The position numbers and the translations under genes were made by a program. 64,000 bases of DNA, from positions 2,608 to 66,607 of the forward strand of contig CACYYS010000013.1 in NCBI GenBank assembly GCA_902778725.1, read 5' to 3'. Each line of letters begins with the position of its first letter. Within the stretch, counting starts at the first letter, position 1. Positions 15,561 to 24,954 of the stretch are shown here, piece after piece. The DNA comes from an uncultured Ruminococcus sp. (lineage in GTDB: Bacteria; Bacillota; Clostridia; Oscillospirales; CAG-272). Below the pieces are notes generated by a model. The model worked only from the letters and a program-made list of their open reading frames with translations, searched no databases and was not told where the DNA came from.

Positions 15561-15830
15561 TCCTTTTGCTCGGGAGAGCGCGTTCATATCCGCCCTCGGG
15601 TCGAAAAACGCCCGATACGGCCCGGGCGTTTTTCGGTTTGAGCGCCCGCTGCGGAAGGAGTCCTGTTAGCCTCCCTCTCGAGGGCCCGATCCCCCAAAAA
15701 TCCTTACGGATTTTTCCGGGGACCCCGCCGGGCCGGTGGCGCGGCTTGCCGCGGCGGAAGGAGTTTCGTCTCCCTGTCTTTTCTCCCGCGTTTTTCTATC
15801 CTTCCCCGACTCCTTCAGTCGCCCTGCGGC
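15561..15830 (+). repeat. dispersed intergenic repeat, module B (copy 1)
   Basis: The run gcgttcatatcc..cgggtc.aaaaacgcccgatac..cgtttttcggtttgagcg.ccgctgcggaaggagtcctgt.agcctccctctcgagggcccgatcccccaaaa matches the reverse complement of about 60400-60724. Confidence 0.8.
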
Positions 15831-15835
15831 CGCAA

Positions 15836-15965
15836 CGATGCGATGTGTTCCGCTCATGCGCGAAGCGCACATCATGAGGCGAAGCCTCGCATCATGCCCG
15901 TAGAGCGCATCATGTTCCGCGGCGGCGGAACACATCATCCGCCGAGTGTCCTTAAACCACTCGGC
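15836..15965. repeat. word-plus-hairpin array (constant word GCATCATG-like)
   Basis: cgatgcgatg..catgcgcgaagcgcacatcatgaggcgaagcctcgcatcatgcccgtagagcgcatcatgttccgcggcggcggaacacatcat: short GC hairpins separated by a recurring CATCATG word. Confidence 0.7.
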
Positions 15966-16087
15966 GGATGGTCGTTTTCCCCTTTCGCCCGTCCTCCTTT
16001 TCCCGCCTTTTCTCCGCCGCGGCGGTCAGATGCCCTCCGGACGGCGCCGAAAAGCAAAAACTGTCCGGTCTTTTCTCCCTTTTTGCC

Positions 16088-16115
16088 TTGCTTTCTTTTT
16101 TTTGTCTGATATAAT
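16088..16115 (+). promoter_or_regulatory. sigma70-type promoter with extended -10 for the GH3 gene
   Basis: TTGCTT, a 16-nt spacer, then TGATATAAT, about 55 nt upstream of the ATG at 16169. Confidence 0.55.
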
Positions 16116-16168
16116 AAACTAAAAGAGGTTTTGCCGCGCAAGCCCGGAAAAACGAAAAAGGAGTTATT

Positions 16169-18469
16169 ATGGAATCCAAGATCAAAAAACTGCTCTCCGA
16201 AATGACCGTCGAGGAGAAGATCTCCTTCTGCGAGGGCGGCGACGCCTGGCACACGGCGAAGCTGGACCGCCTCGGCATCCCGGGGATCATGATGTGCGAC
16301 GGGCCGCACGGACTCCGCAAACGCACCAAAAACGAAAAAGGCGAAATGTACACCGTGAAGGCGACCTGCTTCCCGCCCGCGGCGACGATGGCAAACTCCT
16401 GGGATCCGGAGCTGACCGCGCGGGTCGGCGCCGCGATCGGCGAGGAGTGCCGGGCGGAAAAGGTCTCCATCCTGCTCGGACCGGGCATGAACATCAAGCG
16501 CTCCCCCACCTGCGGGCGGAACTTTGAATACTACTCCGAGGATCCCTACCTCTCGGGGAAGATGGCGGCGGGCTTTATCCGCGGGCTGCAGGAAAAGGGC
16601 GTCGCCGCCTGCGCGAAGCACTTCTGCGTCAACAATCAGGAGACGCGCCGCTTTTCGACCAGCGCCGTCGTCTCCGAGCGCGCCCTCCACGAGATCTACC
16701 TTCCCTCCTTCGAGACGGCGGTGAAGGAAGCGAACGTCCAGACGGTGATGCACTCCTACAACCGCGTGAACGGCCGCTACGCGGGGGAGAACAAGGAGCT
16801 GCTCACCGACCTTCTGCGCGGCGAGTGGGGCTTTGACGGCTACGTGATGAGCGACTGGAACGCGATCAGCTCCCGCGTCGCCGCCTACAAGGCGGGCTGC
16901 GACGTGGAGATGCCCCCCGCCCACGGCGTGCGGACGGCGGAGGTGCGGGAGGCGTACAAAAACGGCGAGATCACGCAAGAGGAGCTCGACCGCTCGGTCG
17001 CAAACGTCCTCCGCGTCATCCTCCGGCATCTCCCCGCGGCGGAGAAGGAGATCTTCTCCCCCGAGGAGCACCACAAGGCCGCGGCAAAGGCGGCGGAGGA
17101 GTGCATGGTCCTGCTCAAAAACGACGGGAACGTCCTCCCCTTCGCTCCCGGCAGGCCGCTCGCCGTGATCGGCGCCTTTGCCAAAAAGCCGCGCTTCCAG
17201 GGCGGCGGCTCGAGCCACGTCGAGCCTCTCTTTGTCGACGATATCACGGAGTACCTCGCCGCGGAAAACGGCGCGGAGATCCGTTTTGCCCCCGGCTATG
17301 ACGAAAAGCACGAAACAAACGACGACCTGATCGCCGAGGCGGTCGCCGCCGCGCGGGCGTGCGGCAGGGCGGTCGTCTTCGCCGGGATGCCGGACTCCTA
17401 CGAGACGGAGGGCAGGGACCGCAGACACCTGCGCCTCCCGCCCGCCCATAACCGGCTGATCGAAGCGGTGACGGCGGCGTGCGGGGAGACCGCGGTCGTC
17501 CTGATGGCGGGCAGCCCCAACGAGCTCCCCTGGGCGGAAAAGACGCCCGCGATCCTCCACGCCTATCTCGGCGGGCAGGCGCTCGGCGGCGCCGTCGCGC
17601 GGATCCTCTTCGGCCGCGTCAACCCCTCCGGCAAGCTGGCGGAGACGCACCCCGTCCGTCTGGAGGACACCCCCGCCTATCTCAACTTCCCCGGGGACGG
17701 CGACACCTGCTTCTACGGGGAGGACGTCTACGTCGGATACCGCTGGTACGACACGCGCAAGGCGGACGTCCTCTTCCCCTTCGGTCACGGCCTCTCCTAC
17801 ACAAAATTCGCCTACACCGCGATCAGAGCGGAGGGGAATACCGTGACCGTAACGGTCAAAAACGTCGGCGCCGTCGCGGGCAAGGAGACCGTGCAGCTTT
17901 ACGCCTCCGCCCGCCCGCACCCGGTGACCTCCACCTACCTCGGCGCCAGCGCCTTCGGCTTTGCGCGGCCCGCGCACTGGCTCGTCGGCTTCTCCAAGAC
18001 CGAGCTTGCCCCGGGCGAAGAAAAGGAGCTTGTCTTTTCCCTTGACGACCGCGCCTTCTCGGTCTATGACGAAAAGCTCGGCGCCTTCCGCCGGATCGGC
18101 GGGGAGTACGAGATCAGCGCGGCGGCGTCAAGCCGCGACGTCCGCCTCTCCGTGACGGTGACGGTGGAGGAGGACGGGAACGCCGTCCCCGCGATCGGGA
18201 AGAACACGATCTTTGAGGATCTCTTCCTTGACCGGCGCTATCCCAGAGAAGTCGTCGAAAAACTGGTGAAGATCCTCTTCCCGGGGACGGAGCCGCAGCA
18301 GGGCGGCGAGGGGCTGAATTTCGACGCCATGCGCAGCAAAAACGGCTACGTCCTCCGCCAGCGCGTGACCGACCTCGGAGAGAAGCTCCCGCCGCAAAAG
18401 CTCGACGAGCTGATCGCCGAGGCGAACGGCGAGATCCGGGCGATCTACGCCGCCCGCGCAAAAAAGTAA
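16169..18469 (+). CDS. bglX: glycoside hydrolase family 3 beta-glucosidase
   Basis: 766 aa. Motifs GPHGLR, KHFCVNNQE and the nucleophile region GYVMSDWNA, plus a C-terminal GH3 and fibronectin-like region. Confidence 0.9.
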   Translation: MESKIKKLLSEMTVEEKISFCEGGDAWHTAKLDRLGIPGIMMCDGPHGLRKRTKNEKGEMYTVKATCFPPAATMANSWDPELTARVGAAIGEECRAEKVSILLGPGMNIKRSPTCGRNFEYYSEDPYLSGKMAAGFIRGLQEKGVAACAKHFCVNNQETRRFSTSAVVSERALHEIYLPSFETAVKEANVQTVMHSYNRVNGRYAGENKELLTDLLRGEWGFDGYVMSDWNAISSRVAAYKAGCDVEMPPAHGVRTAEVREAYKNGEITQEELDRSVANVLRVILRHLPAAEKEIFSPEEHHKAAAKAAEECMVLLKNDGNVLPFAPGRPLAVIGAFAKKPRFQGGGSSHVEPLFVDDITEYLAAENGAEIRFAPGYDEKHETNDDLIAEAVAAARACGRAVVFAGMPDSYETEGRDRRHLRLPPAHNRLIEAVTAACGETAVVLMAGSPNELPWAEKTPAILHAYLGGQALGGAVARILFGRVNPSGKLAETHPVRLEDTPAYLNFPGDGDTCFYGEDVYVGYRWYDTRKADVLFPFGHGLSYTKFAYTAIRAEGNTVTVTVKNVGAVAGKETVQLYASARPHPVTSTYLGASAFGFARPAHWLVGFSKTELAPGEEKELVFSLDDRAFSVYDEKLGAFRRIGGEYEISAAASSRDVRLSVTVTVEEDGNAVPAIGKNTIFEDLFLDRRYPREVVEKLVKILFPGTEPQQGGEGLNFDAMRSKNGYVLRQRVTDLGEKLPPQKLDELIAEANGEIRAIYAARAKK

Positions 18470-18479
18470 AAAAGAAGAA

Positions 18480-18517
18480 GATCAGCCTTTGCAAAGCGGC
18501 AAAGGCTGATCTTTTCT
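18480..18517. terminator. bidirectional Rho-independent terminator
   Basis: The 13-bp stem gatcagcctttgc/gcaaaggctgatc is flanked by an A-rich run on one side and a T-rich run on the other. It lies between convergent genes. Confidence 0.8.
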
Positions 18518-18526
18518 CCTCATATC

Positions 18527-19168
18527 TCACTCGCCCCGGCAAACGAGGGCGGCGCCCCGTTCGTACGCGGCGCGGCGCTCGAGGGGGAAGCCCGTTTCAT
18601 GCCGGCGCCGTTTCGCCTCCGCGTCAAACATCGACCAGGGCCAGTCGGTCTTGCCGTAATCGTCAAGCTGCAGCGTGTCGCCGCTGACAAGGACCTCCGT
18701 CGGGCCGACAAAGCGCTCGAGGGTCTGCCGGTAGCGCCGCAAAAGGTCGGCGTAGGCGGTATCGGGCGCGTTGCTCGTCATGATCAGCAGCACGGGGACC
18801 GGGCGCGCGGCGCAGCACGGCGTCTCCCGGTTGTAGGTGAGATTCTGGAAGATCAGGCGCTCGTAGAGGGCGCGGAAGGACGCCGTCAGCTCGCTGAGAT
18901 AGTTCGGCGAGCCGAGGATCACGCCGTCCGCCTCCCGGATCGCGTCGAGGACGGGCGTCAGCCCGTCCCGGCAGACGCAGCGACCCTTGTTTTTCTCTTT
19001 TTTACAGCCGAAGCAGGAGACGCAGCCCGTATAGCGCTCCAGCCGGAAGAGGTCGAACCGCTCCACGGCGGCGCCGGCGCTCTCCGCGCCCCGCGCCGCT
19101 TCCGTGAGCAGGGTATCGGTGTTCCGGCCCGGCCTCGGTCCGGCGTTCACAACGACGATCTTTTTCAC
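18527..19168 (-). CDS. flavodoxin-fold NAD(P)H-dependent FMN reductase / iron-sulfur flavoprotein-like
   Basis: MKKIVVVNAGPRPGRNTD, a Cys cluster CVSCFGCKK..CVC, and GVILGSPNY. Confidence 0.7.
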   Translation of the reverse strand: MKKIVVVNAGPRPGRNTDTLLTEAARGAESAGAAVERFDLFRLERYTGCVSCFGCKKEKNKGRCVCRDGLTPVLDAIREADGVILGSPNYLSELTASFRALYERLIFQNLTYNRETPCCAARPVPVLLIMTSNAPDTAYADLLRRYRQTLERFVGPTEVLVSGDTLQLDDYGKTDWPWSMFDAEAKRRRHETGFPLERRAAYERGAALVCRGE

Positions 19169-19180
19169 CGTTCCGCTCCG

Positions 19181-19345
19181 TCAGACTTCCGTTCTCCGAA
19201 CCTCGACCGTGATCTCCGGCGTTCCGTACGCGGGATCAAAGAGCTTTGCCACATGCGTCTCATACCACGCGCGGATCTCGGCGTCGCTGAGCTCGCAACG
19301 CTCGCCCTCCGTCTTCACCGTGATCGTAACGACCTGTTTTTCCAT
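19181..19345 (-). CDS. small hypothetical protein (54 aa)
   Basis: Start at ATG 19345 with an AAAGGAG RBS (MEKQVVTITVKTEG..). Tightly spaced between neighbouring genes. Confidence 0.45.
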   Translation of the reverse strand: MEKQVVTITVKTEGERCELSDAEIRAWYETHVAKLFDPAYGTPEITVEVRRTEV

Positions 19346-19439
19346 TTTCTTTTCTCCTTTTCCTCTCGGGTTTTTCTTTATTTTACCGCGCCGGAGCGGG
19401 ATTTTCAACCTTTTTTCCTTTTTCGCCGGTCTTCCTCAT

Positions 19440-20435
19440 TCAATCGGCTCCGCCCGCTTCGACCGGCTCCGGGGCGGGCTCCCCCGCCGGGGAAAACCGC
19501 CGGAGCGGGAGGTACTTGCAGACCTGCCTCTGATAGTCCGCGTACGCCGGGTACTTGCCGGACGAGATCTTCTCGCCGAGCGCCGAGCTGCCGATAAAGA
19601 GCAGGATCAGCAAAAGCGGACCTGCGAAGGCGATATGGAAGATCCCGGCGCGCGCGGCGCCGGCGCCGACCGTAAAGAGGCAGAGGGAGAGCCACATCCC
19701 CTGCTCGCCGAGGTAGTTCGGGTGGCGCATATACGCCCAGGGGCCGCGGGTGTTGAAGCCGAGGGAGTAGGGCGCGGGCAGATCCTCCGGCCGCGCGGCG
19801 GCGGCGAGGAGCCGCTTTTTCTCCCGATAGAAGCGCCACTGGTACGCGTCCGCCGCCGTCTCCAGCGCCAGAAAGCCGAGCGCGAGCGCCGCGGCGAGCC
19901 AGTCGGATATGCCGAAGGGCGCGGAGGAACCCGAAGCGGCGAGCGCGGGGAGACAGATCGCGAGGACGAGGAGATTCTGATAGATACTGATAAAGAAGAG
20001 ATCGAAGAGCGTCCAGAGAAATCCCCGGCGGAAGACCGGGCTTTGCCGCACGATCGCCCAGCGGTAATCCTCGGCGCCCTCCCAGAAGCGGAGGCGGTAC
20101 GCCCCCTTGCGCGCGAAGTTGAAGGTCAGACGCGCGCCCCATACCGTAACGATCAGGGCGTACACGGTGAGGCGGGCGTCCATGCCGCCCCGGACGGCGA
20201 TGATCCAGAGATACGCGACCGGCAGAAGGCTCCACAGCTTGTCCATCTGCGAGTAGTTCTTTGTGATCTCGCCGGCGATAAAGCAATAGGCGGCGCTGCC
20301 GCCGCAGACGGCGAGCAGGATCTTGAGGGTAGCGAGCTGCTCCTCCGACGGGGAGGCGAAGCCGAGAACGGCGCACAGCGCCAGCAAAGCGAGGACGACG
20401 CACACGGAAAGGGCCGTTTGGATCGCGTTTTTCAT
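19440..20435 (-). CDS. DUF1295 / steroid 5-alpha-reductase-like membrane protein
   Basis: Polytopic membrane protein with the signature YMRHPNYLGEQGMW. Confidence 0.75.
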   Translation of the reverse strand: MKNAIQTALSVCVVLALLALCAVLGFASPSEEQLATLKILLAVCGGSAAYCFIAGEITKNYSQMDKLWSLLPVAYLWIIAVRGGMDARLTVYALIVTVWGARLTFNFARKGAYRLRFWEGAEDYRWAIVRQSPVFRRGFLWTLFDLFFISIYQNLLVLAICLPALAASGSSAPFGISDWLAAALALGFLALETAADAYQWRFYREKKRLLAAAARPEDLPAPYSLGFNTRGPWAYMRHPNYLGEQGMWLSLCLFTVGAGAARAGIFHIAFAGPLLLILLFIGSSALGEKISSGKYPAYADYQRQVCKYLPLRRFSPAGEPAPEPVEAGGAD

Positions 20436-20459
20436 ATCATACTCCTTGGAAACGACCGG

Positions 20460-21692
20460 TCAGCGGGAGGCGGGACCGCCGGTCCCCTCTTCCCCGGTCT
20501 TTTCTTTTTTCGCCTTCCGGAACATGAATTTCCGGGCGGCGGCGATGCCGATGCGGTAGGGGAGCGGGCGCAGCGCCCGGTCCGCCTCCTTCAGCTTTTC
20601 GCGGATCGGGATGCCCTGGGGGCAGTGCGCCTCGCACTTCCCGCAGCCGACGCACCGGGAGGGGAACGCCGGTTCCCCGGAGAGCCCCACGGTCTGCGCG
20701 TACTCGAACCGACCCTGCCGGGGAGACTCGATGAACATCCGGTTATAACAGCGGAAGGCGCCGGGGATGTCCACCCCTCTCGGGCAAGGCATACAGTACC
20801 GGCAGCCGGTGCAGCCCACCCGGTCGCGCGACCGGATCTCCTCCGTGACGGCGCGCAGCACCGCCCGGTCCGCCTCGGTGAGCTGTCCCGCGCCCGCCTC
20901 CGAGGCGGTGCGGCAGTTCTCGCGGACCATCTCAAGGGAGTTCATCCCCGAGAGGACGACGGTGACCTCCGGCTGGTCGTAGAGCCAGCGGAAGCTCCAC
21001 TCGGCAGGCGACCAGCCCCGCCCGCTCGCGGCAAAGAGCTCCTTTGCGCGCTCCGGCAGCATCCCGACCAGCTTCCCGCCCCGCAGCGGCTCCATCACAA
21101 CGACGGGGATCCCCCGCGCCGCCGCCGCCTTCAGCCCGTCGACGCCCGCCTGGGCGTACTCGTCGAAATAGTTGTACTGGATCTGGCAAAAGTCCCAGTC
21201 GTAGTCGGCGAGGATCCGCAGAAAGCCCCCGGTATCGCCGTGGTAGGAGAAGCCGACGTTTTTGATCGCGCCGCTCCTCTTCTTTTCCTCGAGCCACGGG
21301 ATCACGCCGACGCTCTTCAGCTTTTCCCACATAGCGATGTCGGTGAGGTGGTGCATCAGATAGTAGTCGACGTAACCGGTGCGCAGGCGCGCGAGCTGCT
21401 CGCCCCAGTACCGGTCCAGCGCCGCGCGGCTGCCGATCAGGTACTGCGGCAGCTTGGTGGCGATCCGGACCTTCTCCCGGATGCCGTTGCGCTCAAGGAT
21501 CCTCCCCAGGGTCTCCTCGCTGCCGCCGTAGATGTACGCGGTGTCAAAATAGTTGACCCCGGCGGCGTACGCCTCGAGGATCTCCCGCTCGGTCTCCTCA
21601 AAGTCGATGCTCCGCCCCTTTTTGGGGAAGCGCATACACCCGAAGCCGAGCACCGAGAGCCGCTCGCCGTTTTTATCCTCCCTGTACTGCAA
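20460..21692 (-). CDS. aldo/keto reductase with C-terminal 4Fe-4S ferredoxin motifs
   Basis: LGFGCMRF..GVNYFDTAYIYG at the N-terminus. C-terminal CTGCRYCMPCP and CVGCGKCEAHCP. Confidence 0.85.
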   Translation of the reverse strand: MQYREDKNGERLSVLGFGCMRFPKKGRSIDFEETEREILEAYAAGVNYFDTAYIYGGSEETLGRILERNGIREKVRIATKLPQYLIGSRAALDRYWGEQLARLRTGYVDYYLMHHLTDIAMWEKLKSVGVIPWLEEKKRSGAIKNVGFSYHGDTGGFLRILADYDWDFCQIQYNYFDEYAQAGVDGLKAAAARGIPVVVMEPLRGGKLVGMLPERAKELFAASGRGWSPAEWSFRWLYDQPEVTVVLSGMNSLEMVRENCRTASEAGAGQLTEADRAVLRAVTEEIRSRDRVGCTGCRYCMPCPRGVDIPGAFRCYNRMFIESPRQGRFEYAQTVGLSGEPAFPSRCVGCGKCEAHCPQGIPIREKLKEADRALRPLPYRIGIAAARKFMFRKAKKEKTGEEGTGGPASR

Positions 21693-21852
21693 AAAAGCCT
21701 CCTCCCCGCCCGCCGGAGTCCTTTTCCCCTCCCGCGGCGCGGTCCGCCGGAAAAGCGGATCGGTTTTTTTCCATTATACCGCGCGTTTCCCGCGCTTTCA
21801 AGCCGTTTTCCCCTCAAACGGCGAAAAAACCGCCGAGGCGGCGCCGGGCGCT

Positions 21853-22863
21853 TCAGTGCAGCGGAGGCAGCGCGTGGATATCGTAGTATTCGTCATAGAC
21901 CGCGAACGCCGTTTTCACGTCGCCGAAGAGCTCGATCAGCGCGCCCGCCTGGAACATCACGGAGAGGTGCCCCGAGGGGGCTCTCCAGGCGGCGTTCGAG
22001 ACGACCTCCAGTTTTTCGTTTCCCGGAGCGTTGGCCCGGAGGATCGCCTCCGCCTCAAACACAAGCTCCCCCGTTGCGATATGATAATCGCTGGAGACGA
22101 TCGCCAGCTTCTTCACCGACGGGTAGAGGGAGGTCAGGATATCGTAGGCGAAGATCGCGTTCTGCGCCGTCGTGATCGATTTGTCCTCCACGATGATGCG
22201 CTTCGGATCCACCCCCTGCCCGGCGAGCCATTTTGCCATCTCCCCCGCCTCCGTGACGGACGGATTCCCCATAGCGGTCCCGCCGCCGGTGCAGAGGAGG
22301 TAGGCGTTCGGGTATTTTTTTGCGCTGTTGAGCGCCACGGTCAGGCGCTCGATCAGCTCCTGCTGCATACTCCCGTCGGGAGAAAGCTGAAAACCGAGGA
22401 CGACGATACAGAGCTCCTCCGTATCGGGCAGTCCGTCCGGGAGCACGCCGTAAGAGAGCTCCCCCCCGAGGCGCGGGGAGGTCCAGAGATCAAAGATCCT
22501 CCTCCAGCGGACTGCGGCGACCGCGTCCAGAGAGGAGAGCTCGCCGAGGAGCTCTTCGATCCTCCCCGACGCCGCCGCGCCGTAGGCGCCGTGATCCACG
22601 CAGATCTCCTCCACCAGCTTCTCCGCGCGCGACGGATCGGCGGGCGCTTCTCCGCCCGGTCCGTCCGGGAGCGGAGCGGTCTCCCCTCCCGTCTCCGCGT
22701 CATGCGCGCCGGTCTCCGGGCGGGTCCCCTCCCCCGCCGTCTCCGTAAACGCCGGGCCGTCCCCGGCGGGCACTTCCCCGCCGTTCCCCCGGCAGCCGGC
22801 CGCGGCAGCGGACAGCGCCGCCGCGAGCAAAAGGCACAGCAGTTTTTTGATCATTTCGGGCAT
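21853..22863 (-). CDS. YdcF/DUF218 family lipoprotein
   Basis: Lipobox LSAAAAGC. DUF218 core IVVLGFQLSPDG..LLCTGGG..EDKSITTAQNA..VSSDYH. Confidence 0.75.
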   Translation of the reverse strand: MPEMIKKLLCLLLAAALSAAAAGCRGNGGEVPAGDGPAFTETAGEGTRPETGAHDAETGGETAPLPDGPGGEAPADPSRAEKLVEEICVDHGAYGAAASGRIEELLGELSSLDAVAAVRWRRIFDLWTSPRLGGELSYGVLPDGLPDTEELCIVVLGFQLSPDGSMQQELIERLTVALNSAKKYPNAYLLCTGGGTAMGNPSVTEAGEMAKWLAGQGVDPKRIIVEDKSITTAQNAIFAYDILTSLYPSVKKLAIVSSDYHIATGELVFEAEAILRANAPGNEKLEVVSNAAWRAPSGHLSVMFQAGALIELFGDVKTAFAVYDEYYDIHALPPLH

Positions 22864-22912
22864 TCTCCTTTTTGCAATTTCTTTTCCCCGGCAAAATCCG
22901 GCGGCCGCTCCT

Positions 22913-23728
22913 TCAGAGCTCCAGAAAATCCTTCCGGTACTTTACGCCGAAGGACTCCGCAAGCCTTGCGAGCTGCGCGTCCGTGATCGTGGAAAGACGG
23001 GGCAGGTGCGCGGTGAGCATATAGATCTGCGCCGCTTTTTCCACCGTCTCGATCAGGCCGAAGGTCTCGTCCATATCCCGGCCCGCGCCGTAGACGCCGT
23101 GCATCCCCCAGATCACGACCCGGAACTCTTCCATTTTTTTCGCCGTGGCCTCGCCGATCTCGTTTGTCCCGCAGAGCATCCAGGGAAGGACGCCCACGCC
23201 CTCGGGAAAGACCACGATACACTCGGTGCACATCTCCCACAGCGTGTGCGTGAACTTTTTTTCATCCAGCTCGTGCACATAGTTCATCGCGAGCGTATGG
23301 GTGGGGTGGGTGTGCATGATCACCCGGTTTTCCGGGTCCGCGGCAAGCCTCGCGATATGGCTCTTCAGATGAGCGGGAAGCTCGGAGGTCGGTCTGCCGC
23401 CGCCGCAAAAGCCCCAAAGGAGCTCCGCCGTCGTCCCGTCGTCCGCGATCCGGATCACGCCGAGGTTCGTCTCGGGATCGTCCGTGACGTTCCGGAAGTA
23501 TTTGCCGGACCCCGTCACGAGGAGCGCCCTGCCGGCCAGCTCCTTTGCCCGGACGCCCGTTTCGATCCGGCGGATCACCCTGCCGGGATCGAGATACCGC
23601 GCAAGCTCGTCCCCGTCGAGCAGATAACTGATATTGCCGCCGTTGCGCTCGTCCCAGCCGAGACGGTACATATTGGCGGTCGTCTTTTTCATCTCCTCCA
23701 CAAAGGGAGCGGTCAGGATATCCTTCAT
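22913..23728 (-). CDS. rhaD: rhamnulose-1-phosphate aldolase
   Basis: Class II aldolase fold (GWDERNGGNIS, HTHPTH). It is the last gene of the rhaB-rhaA-rhaD run. Confidence 0.85.
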   Translation of the reverse strand: MKDILTAPFVEEMKKTTANMYRLGWDERNGGNISYLLDGDELARYLDPGRVIRRIETGVRAKELAGRALLVTGSGKYFRNVTDDPETNLGVIRIADDGTTAELLWGFCGGGRPTSELPAHLKSHIARLAADPENRVIMHTHPTHTLAMNYVHELDEKKFTHTLWEMCTECIVVFPEGVGVLPWMLCGTNEIGEATAKKMEEFRVVIWGMHGVYGAGRDMDETFGLIETVEKAAQIYMLTAHLPRLSTITDAQLARLAESFGVKYRKDFLEL

Positions 23729-24954
23729 CTTGTTTTCAGGACCTCCTTTTCATACGCTTTGATCTCCCGGAGATAGTCCTCCGGCACTCCTTCCCGGCAA
23801 AGATACTCCTGCCAGACCGCCCCGAAGGGCGCGGTCTTGAGCTCCTCGCCGACCACCATCAGCTCCGTCGTCTCGCCGCGATCCTGCAGCGCCTTCATCC
23901 TCTCTCCCGGCTCGAGCAGGGCGTAAAGCAGCGCCTTCTGCACGCTCCGGACGCCGGTCACGAGCGCGCTGACGCGGTTGATCGAGGCGTCAAAATAATC
24001 GGTCGCAAGGAAGACCCGGTCAAGCGCGCCGCAGCGGACGACCTCCTTCATGATCTCCTTTGTCTCGTCGTCCAGGAGCACGACGTGATCGCTGTCCCAG
24101 CGGACCGCCCGGGTCAGATGGAGCGCGATCCTCGGATGGAAGAGCAGGAGCGCGGAGATCTTGTCCGAGACCGTTTCGGTCGGGTGGTAGTGGCCGTTGT
24201 CCATCAGCGGGGTGATCCCCCGGCTGTCCGCGTAGGAAAGGCAGAACTCCGCCGAGCCCACGGTATAGCTCTCCAGCCCGATGCCGAACACCTTGGACTC
24301 AAGGGTGACGTACACCGAGGATCTGTCGTAAGGAACGGAGAGGATCTCGTCGAGAGATTCCATAAAGCGTCTCCGCGGCCCGATCCGGTCCGCGGGGAGA
24401 TCCTTGTACCCGTCCGGGATCCAGAAGTTGATCACGCAGGGCTCGCCCGTTTCCCGCGCAAAATACTCCGCGATCCTCAGGCACGCCTTGCCGTGCGCGA
24501 TCCAGTACCGGCGCACCGCGGCGTCGGGAGAGGAAAGCGTCAGGTTGTCCTTTGCCATCGGATGGGCGAAAAAGGTGGGATTGAAGTCGATCCCCAGGTC
24601 CCTTTCCCCGGCGAACTCCACCCATTTTGCAAAATGCCGGGGCTCGATCGCGTCCCGGCCGACGGGCTCTCCGTCAAAGATCGCGTAGGAGGCGTGCAGA
24701 TTGAGCTTCTTTTTCCCCGGGATCAGGGAAAACGCTTTGTCCAGATCCGCCATCAGCTCCTCCGGCGTGGTCGCGCGTCCCGGATAGCGGCCCGTCGTCT
24801 GGATCCCGCCGGAAAGCGCCTCCCGGCAATCGAAGCCGACCACGTCGTCCCCCTGCCAGCAATGGACCGAAACTGGCGTGCGCTTCAGGAGCTCCAGCGC
24901 CCGCTCCGTATCGACGCCGAATTTTTTATAGGCCTCTTTTGCGTAAGAATACAT
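23725..24954 (-). CDS. rhaA: L-rhamnose isomerase
   Basis: VSVHCWQGDDVVGF motif. The start at ATG 24954 has an AAGGAGG RBS. Confidence 0.9.
   Translation of the reverse strand: MYSYAKEAYKKFGVDTERALELLKRTPVSVHCWQGDDVVGFDCREALSGGIQTTGRYPGRATTPEELMADLDKAFSLIPGKKKLNLHASYAIFDGEPVGRDAIEPRHFAKWVEFAGERDLGIDFNPTFFAHPMAKDNLTLSSPDAAVRRYWIAHGKACLRIAEYFARETGEPCVINFWIPDGYKDLPADRIGPRRRFMESLDEILSVPYDRSSVYVTLESKVFGIGLESYTVGSAEFCLSYADSRGITPLMDNGHYHPTETVSDKISALLLFHPRIALHLTRAVRWDSDHVVLLDDETKEIMKEVVRCGALDRVFLATDYFDASINRVSALVTGVRSVQKALLYALLEPGERMKALQDRGETTELMVVGEELKTAPFGAVWQEYLCREGVPEDYLREIKAYEKEVLKTR

Noticed and set aside
15935-17977. 680-aa minus-strand ORF and many similar long ORFs (e.g. 19104..22175 +, 11376..13127 +, 61768..63507 +, 48755..50065 +, 24085..24969 +)
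   Set aside because: They lie antisense to, or out of frame with, genes that have clear family motifs. Their products are Arg/Gly/Pro/Ala-rich low-complexity strings, typical of stop-poor alternative frames in GC-rich DNA.
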